Shown here: one piece after another, positions 1 through 9,500 of the stretch
Layout: the number at the start of each line of letters is the position of its first letter
How positions within the stretch are numbered: the first letter of the stretch is position 1
From: Macrostomum lignano
Taxonomy: Eukaryota
Direction of reading: 5' to 3'
DNA length: 29,755 nt
Assembly (NCBI GenBank): GCA_002269645.1
Contig: NIVC01004972.1
Location: forward strand, 1 to 29,755
Made by a program: the position numbers and the translations under genes
The notes under the pieces: model-generated
Told to the model about the DNA's origin: nothing
Databases searched by the model: none
What the model saw: the letters and a program-made list of their open reading frames with translations, nothing else

Positions 1-300
1 TCCTCATGGGGTATCATCTACCTGTCATCCAACCTACCTGCGTTCCTCATGGGGATCATCTACCTGTCACCCAACCTACCTGGTTCCTCATGGGGATCAT
101 CTACCTGTCACCCAACCTACCTGGTTCTTCATGGGGTATCATCTACCTGCCATCCAACCTACCCGTTCTTCATGGGGTATCATCTACCTGCATCCAACCT
201 ACCCGGTTCTTCATGGGTATCATCTACCTGTCATCCAACCTACCCGGTTCTTCATGGGGTATCATCTACCTGTCATCCAACCATCCAACCCTGTTCTTCA
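1..300. repeat. Minisatellite, 41-43 bp unit (TCYTCATGGGGTATCATCTACCTGTCAYCCAACCTACCYGGT), about 7 copies, runs off the left edge
   Basis: Unit repeats directly in the sequence; the ORFs 6..374, 49..339 and 131..313 are translations of it. Confidence 0.95.
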
Positions 301-448
301 AACGGCCCACTAGCCTGCAAAAGCACAGTACTCGGGTAGGTTTAAGAATTTTTGAGATTCAATTAAGAATATGATTTAATAGTCAACTTTAGTAAAAGGA
401 CGGCGAGAATTATTTAAAAGTAGAGTATCAAGTAATAACACCATATCA

Positions 449-567
449 TCAGTAGGTGAATCTAAAAAGTGCTAAAACTATAGCTATTGCAAGTGCAAAC
501 AAGGATATCAACAATACGGATCTGCAACCAGAATAAGTATGAACTAAAAATTGCCACGGCGGGGCGA
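449..567 (-). CDS. Tpm: Candidate terminal tropomyosin exon encoding a hydrophobic tail: (V)APPWQFLVHTYSGCRSVLLISLFALAIAIVLALFRFTY*
   Basis: Phase-1 acceptor TTGTCATTTCTCAG (AG at 569-568) with a CTAAT branch-like motif about 30 nt upstream. It is in frame with the phase-1 end of either 70-nt exon; stop TGA at 451-449. The splice choice is inferred. Confidence 0.5.
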
Positions 568-3500
568 CTGAGAAATGACAACAACAAGATCGGTGCATTA
601 GGAGCCGGATGACTGGACTGTGCATTCGAATAAAATAGCATCAACCGGTGTGCGACACGATGCAGACTGTCTGCTAAACAGTGCAGTTGGTGCATGTGGA
701 GTTCCCTACATCCGCAAAGGTGTCAATCAATCAATATAATACCTTCCAACTGTTCGTTCTCCACCTGGCGAGCAAATGCCGCCCTCTCAGCCGCCTCTCT
801 GCGTCTCTCGCTCTGTTATTGCATTTAATTGAGTTCAAGCAGGCGCAAAATATTTTAGCAAACAACTGGCTACGGAAACACTTGGCTCTGTGCATTCATG
901 ACAAAGTACACGAAATAACAGTTCCCGCTTAGCCAATCGCTGATAGAAGAAGCATTATGTAAAACATAAAAGAAGCGTCATGTCGAACATGGAAGATTCA
1001 TTTGGGAATTGCTACGATGTCAAGGCTTGGAGGGAATCGCTATAATGCTGTGACAGGCTGTGTCAAGGCTTACGGTGGAAGAATTGCTGAGATGTCAAGG
1101 TTTTATGGTTACGGTTAGGGTTAGGTTTGGGGTTAGGGTTAGGATTAGGGGTATTGCTGAGACTTCTAGGCTGACGGAGGGATTGTTGAGATGTCAAGGC
1201 TCACGGGGGGATTGTTGAGAAGTCAAGGCTCACGGGGGGATTGTTGAGATGTCAAGGCTCACGGGGAGATTGTTGAGATGTCAAGGCTCACGGGGGGGGA
1301 TTGTTGAGATGTCAAGGCTCATGGGGGGATTGTTGAGATGTCAAGGCTCACGGGGGATTGTTGAGATGTCAAGGCTCACGGGGTATTGTTGAGATGTCAA
1401 GGCTCACGGGGGATTGTTGAGATGTCAAGGCTCACGGGGGGATTGTTGAGATGTCAAGGCTCACGGGGGTACTGTTGAGATGTCAGAGCTCATGGGGGAT
1501 TGTTGAGATGTCAAGGCTCACGGGGGATTGTTGAGACTTCTAGGCTGACGGAGGGATTGTTGAGATGTCAAGGCTCACGGGGGATTGTTGAGATGTCAAG
1601 GCTCACGGGGGGATTGTTGAGATGTCAAGGCTCACGGGGGGATTGTTGAGATGTCAAGGCTCACGGGGGTACTGTTGAGATGTCAGAGCTCATGGGGGGA
1701 TTGTTGAGATGTCAAGGCTCACGGGGGGATTGTTGAGATGTCAAGGCTCACGGGGGGATTGTTGAGATGTCAAGGCTCACGGGGAGATTGTTGAGATGTC
1801 AAGGCTCACGGGGGGGGATTGTTGAGATGTCAAGGCTCATGGGGGGATTGTTGAGATGTCAAGGCTCACGGGGGATTGTTGAGATGTCAAGGCTCACGGG
1901 GGTATTGTTGAGATGTCAAGGCTCACGGGGGGATTGTTGAGATGTCAAGGCGCACGGGGGGGATTGTTGAGATGTCAAGGCTCACGGGGGGATTGTTGAG
2001 ATGTCAGAGCTCACGGGGGGATTGTTGAGATGTCAAGGCTCACGGGGGGATTGTTGAGATGTCAGAGCTCATGGGGGGATTGTTGAGATGTCAAAGCTCA
2101 CGGGTGGATTGTTGAGATGTCAAGGCTCATGGGGGGATTGTTGAGATGTCAAGGCGCACGGGGGGATTGTTGAGATGTCAAGGCTCATGGGGGGATTGTT
2201 GAGATGTCAAGGCTCACGGGGGGATTGTTGAGATGTCAAGGCTCATGGGGGAGTCGCTGAGATGTCAAGGCTTACAAGGGAAATTGCTGCGGTTATTGCA
2301 AGGAGAAGCTACATGTAGTTGATTAAAAAATTTGTATTCATTTCTTTGTTGGGCGCTGATTGCTAGTAGTCATTACGCTCGTACTGAAAGTCGAAAATCA
2401 ATTTTTAATAACATTAAAACAAATAAAAATATGCATGGCGTTTAATTAAATGTCAAATAGTAGCTTGGCTGCGTCTCAAACACTCTAATTTCAGTAGAAA
2501 GTAGTTAAAAGTATCGAATTTCTTGTAATAACCTATACAAAAGCCTTCCGCCATCCCGACGTTCAGACTCATATAAAGAGCTCTGCAGTGCCCTATCATA
2601 GATTTGTCGTTACCTTCGGTCTCGTCAATTTCTTTTTGCCGGTTGGCCGCCTCCCGCTCGGCGGACTCTGCCCTCTCCTCGGCCTTGAATTGCGCGCATG
2701 CAGGGGGCGTATCGTGTTGGTGATTTGCGCTGCTTGACACTATGCTCCAGATTTACACTCGTTAATAGGGTTGGTTAAATATATACAACGCGTAGGTAAT
2801 TAAGGAAAGTTTAACAAAAAATTAATATATAAAATGTCGACTCTGCTAGAGCAAAATTGCTGAATCGTTTAAAACACCTGGAATTTTAAACAGCATTTGC
2901 AACCTACCTGACTGGGTAAGCCTATTAGTCGTAGAGGTACTATTAGCTCATTAACTGCACCTAACTTAATGCGTGAGAGTGGCAAAGAGGCTTTAGCCAG
3001 CGCCAGCACCAAGGGGCGCCAGCACCAAGGGGCGCCAGCACCAAGGGGCGCCAGCACCAAGGGGCGCCAGCACCAAGGGGCGCCAGCACCAAGGGGCGCC
3101 AGCACCAAGGGGCGCCAGCACCAAGGGGCGCCAGCACCAAGGGGCGCCAGCACCAAGGGGCGCCAGCACCAAGGGGCGCCAGCACCAAGGGGCGCCAGCA
3201 CCAAGGGGCGCCAGCACCAAGGGGCGCCAGCACCAAGGGGCGCCAGCACCAAGAAGCGCCAGCACCAAGGGGCGCCAGCACCAAGGGGCGCCAGCACCAA
3301 GGGGCGCCAGCACCAAGGGGCGCCAGCACCAAGGGGCGCCAGCACCAAGGGGCGCCAGCACCAAGGGGCGCCAGCACCAAGGGGCGCCAGCACCAAGGGG
3401 CGCCAGCACCAAGGGGCTTTACCCCCTAGCCATTAAACTCTAAAACCTGAGTAGGTAATACGATCGCGTCCCCTGAACCGATGCAAAAGTCAGGTAAGTA

Positions 3501-6500
3501 ACCAAGCGCTCACCTCTTTCAGCTTCAGAGTGAGATCCATGATGAGCTTCTCGTTGCTTTCTTCCTTCTGGACTGACTGTGAAAGGAATTGGTTGAGGGT
3601 AGAATGGCGGAATTAGAGATCGCTCTGTCCTGAAAATAAATTTTCTTACTCACATGGCGGTAAAAAGCTCTTGCAAGGCATGCAAGGTTAAACAAAACAA
3701 AGAATGATAATCCTCTTTGAACTTGATCGCATGCTTTCGCAGAAATGGGATTTTAACATGAAATTTGCTGAACTTGGCTTGCAGATCCATGGACTGCGTG
3801 GCCGAATCGCTATTTTTAGCTTTCAAGCTTAAATCACTTCAATTGAATCACTGATCCCAATGCAATGCAGTTCGTACATGCACAGGCGAATACAATTGAT
3901 CCCCTATTCTCGATGTAGATTAGCAATCCATGTGATGCCCTAATCCTCTGGATAGATTAGCAATTCAACTGATCCCTAATCCTCTGGATAGATTAGCAAT
4001 TCAACTGATCCCTAATCCTCTGGATAGATTAGCAATTCAACTGATCCCTAATCCTCTGGATAGATTAGCAATTCAACTGATCCCTAATCCTCTGGATAGA
4101 TTAGCAATCCAACTGATGCCCTAATCCTCTGGGATAGATTAGCAATCCATCTGATCCCTAATCCTCTGGATAGATTAGCAATTCATCTGATACCCTAATC
4201 CCCAGGGTAGATTAGCAATCCATTAGATCCCTTAATCCCCAGGGTGATTAGCATTCCATCTGATCCCCTAATCTTCAGGATAGATTAGCAATTCAACTGA
4301 TCCCTAATCCTCTGGATAGATTAGCAATCCAACTGATGCCCTAATCCTCTGGGATAGATTAGCAATTCAACTGATCCCTAATCCTCTGGATAGATTAGCA
4401 ATTCAACTGATCCCTAATCCTCTGGATAGATTAGCAATCCAACTGATGCCCTAATCCTCTGGGATAGATTAGCAATCCAACTGATGCCCTAATCCTCTGG
4501 ATAGATTAGCAATTCAACTGATCCCTAATCCTCTGGATAGATTAGCAATCCAACTGATGCCCTAATCCTCTGGGATAGATTAGCAATCCAACTGATGCCC
4601 TAATCCTCTGGATAGATTAGCAATTCAACTGATCCCTAATCCTCTGGATAGATTAGCAATCCAACTGATGCCCTAATCCTCTGGATAGATTAGCAATTCA
4701 ACTGATCCCTAATCCTCATGATAGATTAGCAATCCATCTGATCCCCTAATCCTCAGGATAGATTAGCAATCCATCTGATCCCCTAATCCTCATGATAGAT
4801 TAGCAATCCATCTGATGCCCTAATCCTCTGGATAGATTAGCAATCCATCTGATCCCCTAATCCTCAGGATAGATTAGCAATACATCTGATCTCCTAATCC
4901 TCGGGATAGATTAGCAATCCATCTGATCCCCTAATCCTCATGATAGATTAGCAATCCATCTGATCCCCTAATCCTCAGGATAGATTAGCAATCCATCTGA
5001 TGCCCTAATCCTCTGGATAGATTAGCAATCCATCTGATGCCCTAATCCTCTGGATAGATTAGCAATCCATCTGATGCCCTAATCCTCTGGATAGATTAGC
5101 AATCCATCTGATCCATCTAATCCTCAGGATAGATTAGGATTAGATCTGATCCCCTAATCCTCAGTAAAGATTAACAATCTATCTGATCCCCTAATCCTCA
5201 TGATAGATTAGCAATCCATCTGATCCCCTAATCCTCAGGATAGATTAGCAATCCATCTGATCCCCTAATCCTCAGGATAGATTAGCAATCCATCTGATCC
5301 CCTAATCCTCAGGATAGATTAGCAATCCATCTGATTTTCCATCCACGTATCACCAGAAGAGGCTAAGTACAGCAGACTACGAGACCCATGTCATGCAGGT
5401 GTTCTCAACTGCAAAAGCGATGAGCTCCAATCCACTACAAAACTGAGAATTTTTCCCACCGTTGATGCCGCACGCAGGCGACTGGAGGCCGCCAGCTGCT
5501 CTGAGATTTCACGCGATCCCAGCCGAATCCCGGCTGCCCGGAGCGCCTCTTCCAGTTCGAGCACCTTGCTGGATCAAGTTTAGGCCGGAGAGCAAACAGG
5601 GAGAGGCTGAGTCAGGGATATTTAACAGTGACAAGCTGTACACAGGCACCCTGAGTGTACAGCGGCCCAGACTTTCTAATCGTCAGGCATTTACACTCTG
5701 TGTTCATCACACGACAACCCAACCTAGGGGTAAAAAAATTAACAATAATAAGCTCGAGCGAAACAAAACCGAAACGCCTTTTGAAACCTGCCGCTCTGCT
5801 GCCAAAGCATGCGATGCAAGCATTTTATTAGTTATAATAAATACTTCTAACTGGCTTAAAGCATTTCCAAACCTTTGCCTCGCTGATCTCTAACGATTTC
5901 AAATGAATAGTGACCAGGTTCAGCTCGTCACGGAGCTCTTTGACCTTCTTCTCGGCCGCGTCTGAGCGATCCTCGGCCTTGGCCAGCTGCTCTTCGGCCA
6001 GTTGAAGCTTCCTTCGAACCTTAATAGGACAAGTCGGTCGGCCCAGGTGGCCAAGATTGTTAGTAAATTGTGTGCAGAGCAGCAGCGCACTGGAGCAAAA
6101 TCAACTCAGAAATGCAGGCATGCATTTAACCTAGCTAAACATAGGCTTAGACTGCTGATAGTGTAGTACTCGGCTGCAAGGTTGCAAGCGTAGTTACGCT
6201 GTCACCATAGCAACAGCAATAATTGCAGGAGGATTTTGGGCACTACACTACACTAAGGCATGTACATATCTGTGCCTTGTGAATCGCACCACAATTCACC
6301 GGCCAATTTTATGACAAGCCCAAATGAATGTGGCCAAGAAGTTCGGATTTCTTAAAGAAAACGGGCATTTAGGCAGAGGCAGCGATCGTCAGCGTGCTAA
6401 AAATGTATTGAAGCAATGAATAGAGCGTAAATGAGTGCAACAGGTACTTTAATTCAAGCATTTTCTCTGATACCTGTCTAAAACAGCCTTATTCAACAGT

Positions 6501-9500
6501 CAGGGAGAATGAACTGCAAATCAATCTGGAACATTCAGCACCAACATGCAGCAACCCGCATGCCAAATCCAGATATTGCAACACTCTAGAAAGGCAACCT
6601 GTCAGCAAAACTGAAGCGGCAATTATCGCTCTCCGCTGTTGCTGCTGCTGCCTCGCTTAGCAACGGTTGCTGGGGCTGGGTCTCGTCGGGGGGCAGGCGA
6701 CTGCGTCGTTTCAGCCTATAGCGCACACAATTCGGGACGGCAAAGTTTGCTTTGAATCTGACTGTAGCCTGCATGCCTACAGACATTTAGAATAAACAAT
6801 AAATATGCAGCACGCGCGGAAGCGCGCTTCAGTGAGCGCATCTTAGATTGTAATTAATAAAACAAAACAGGGCGGAGATTTGAATTACTAGATGTCCAAG
6901 AAATCATTTAGCAACTAAGTAACTAAGATATTTGCTAGCTAAATAGGTGAAAGGTAAAATTAATAAAAAATCCCACTATAACAGAGATAAGCCGTCATCA
7001 CCTCCTCCAGATTGGTCTCTGCGTCGCTAGCAGCGTCTGTGGCCTCGTTGACAAGCTGCTCCAGCTGGTTGATGCGGCTGTCATCAATGTTCTGCCGATT
7101 TTCCAGCACTTTGCGAGCCCTGTTTATTATTATTACTGTTATTAATCACACTGCGTGCATGCATGAGCGCCTAAGTGAAACAGGCTTGGCAGGTGGATGC
7201 TAATGCCAAAAGAAAAGTTATCTTAATTTCAAAGCACATGTTTTCAAAAAACCTATTCCTCAACTAAATTAACAAATTAGAATTATTGGACAACATAAAA
7301 AATTTTACCAAAATGATATTTTAAAAAAAATTTCCTCTGACTTCAAACTTTTCATTTTGATGAATTTGATGGTATAAAAACTAAAATTGAGAATAGGTAA
7401 TGCATGACTGCTTATATAATTTTTAATACAAAAAAGTTTAAAAATGCAAAAATATATTCAGACATTAGGTGTATGTGGATAACATAAAAAATAGATTTAT
7501 ATATTTACTTGCTAAAATATAAATTAATATTTACCTTTCACTTTCTTCTGCTGTCTTGTTTGCTTCTTGAAGCTTCTGATTGGTATCGTTCAATCGACCT
7601 TCAGTCTGTTCAAGCTCATCTTCTAGAAGCTGAATTCTTCTAGCAAGACTTTGGACTTCTGTCTCTGCCTAGAAAAATTGATAAAAAACATGTTTATAAT
7701 TAATATTTTACCATTTGAAAAACACTTTAAAGGGAAGAAAATACAACTAAATGTTAATTTATGTGTAATAAAGTTGTTCAATACACTTAAATATAAAGTT
7801 ATTTTGCTAAGAAAAAAGTTAACGTCATAAAGGTGAGAATAAATATTTGCTGAAATGAAAAACTAGAGATCTAACAGCCACAGATAGCCGATAAGCACAG
7901 TCAAATATTTTATACTATAGTAAAATGAGGTAAAATGGATGAGCTAAAAGAAACATGCATTGTTTTGCAAAATTGCAGTAATTACCGAGTTGCGAAGCTC
8001 AACTTCCATCTTTAATTCTTCCTCTTTACGCTCAAGTTCATCAGTGACTTTGTCTAAATCGTTTTTTAGGCCTTGCATTTTTTGTTTTAAAACAGACAAA
8101 ACACCTTGTGTTTGGTTGTTCTTCTCGGCCGCCATATTGTTCTTTTTATATTTTGGTATTGGATATGAAAGCTAATAGCGTTTGTATGTGAAAATGCAGG
8201 GTATATGTACAATGTACTGTTCAGCCAGTACAAAAAATGAAGGAACACGTGTGAAGTTAAATCGACGCCGGTTTATATAAATAAACAAATCATAACAATC
8301 ATAACAGATAACTACGATATTTTAGCAACCAATTATGAACATCGTTTAAGTGCTGCTGGTTTTTTAAAGACGTATTTGTTGTCTATAAGTACAAATCTAA
8401 TTATTTTGTTATTCAATTCTATAACACATTCTCATATTTGTTTTTTCATTCTACACGCACCAGAATTCCTATCCAGATAATGAACTAGCACTTAAAACTC
8501 ATCTAAATGTATGAAAATACGTACATGTAGTTTTCATTTTTCTGAATTTATCGCAACAGCCAACAAACAGGTACGATCGTTTATTAAGTTTTAATAACTA
8601 TTTTTTCTACAGAAATAGTTGTTCGCCTGCTTGTGATCCATCAGTTAGGGTATTATTGTTTTCAGTACATGTTACGTACGTTTATCATTACTAAATATTA
8701 TCCTACCTTTCGTAGCGATTGCGAAATCATGTTTTGAATCTCGGCACCAATGATGGAAAACTTGATCATTGTGCTTGAGTTGAGATTTACTGCTGAAAGG
8801 CCGCGCATAATCACACCCTTCTCGTCCACTTGACCCCTGGAGTCTGTGGACATTGTCGATGCAGTGTCGCTATCGGAACAACTTCCATAGTCCGAGAACA
8901 ATGGGTCTTTGCTGAGCAGATAGGCCAGATCAGAAGCCGCTGAATCTCTGCGTTTTTCCTTCCAATTGTTGGCCCAATGTGCGCCCCCTGCCGCGCCTCC
9001 GTAGCTTGAGGCGCCAAGCGACTCCATTTTTTCTGGCGTCGATGGCGCTCCTTCTGGATCGGGCCGCTGCTGATTGCGCGGGCACAGCCGATCACCGCCA
9101 CGACGTCGGGGCGGTCGACGCTTACGTTTGCTGCCGCCGCCAGCTGAAGAAGACGAGAACGGTGACGCATTGTGCGGCTTGACTGACCGACCGGCGGCGC
9201 TGGATGCCGACGGAGCAACCGAGACGCCCAAATTCGGCTGGCGCTGCTGTTGGCGATAGCAACGGTCGTAGTAGTCCGGATCGAACGTTATGGTGAAGAC
9301 AGAGTTGTCTGAGGTCACGTGACGTTGCACTGGAGGCGGCGAGCGTCTAGAACGAGATCGAGCAGCGGCGACGGCTGCTGCTGCCGCTGCTGTAGCGCTG
9401 GGCGAATACGGCCGCTCAAACAGCTGCTCTTGTTGTTGTTGCTGTTGCTGCAGCAGCTGCTGCTGCAGTGGCAAACTGTTTGAATGGCGCTGTTTTCGAT

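Noticed and set aside
6-374. ORFs of 122, 96 and 60 aa
   Set aside because: They are translations of the 41-43 bp minisatellite.
2869-3436. Four overlapping ORFs of 139-175 aa (WCWRPLVLAPLGAGAP and ASTKGRQHQGAPAPRG repeats)
   Set aside because: The 16-bp unit simply lacks stop codons; it is intronic and open on both strands.
3653-3830. Minus-strand frame SLKAKNSDSATQSMDLQAKF... with a GTGAGT donor at 3653
   Set aside because: Only vaguely coiled-coil-like, and I could not find phases that fit the neighbouring tropomyosin exons.
3000-5336. CRISPR-like appearance of the regular 16-38 bp repeats
   Set aside because: Units are contiguous with no unique spacers, there are no cas genes, and the context is eukaryotic.
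6586-6786. Possible extra phase-2 exon (LKRRSRLPPDETQPQQPLLSEAAAATAESD...)
   Set aside because: It could bridge exon 3 to the exon-6-like copy by phase, but it is proline-rich, the donor is weak and similarity to exon 4 is marginal; not supportable without reads.
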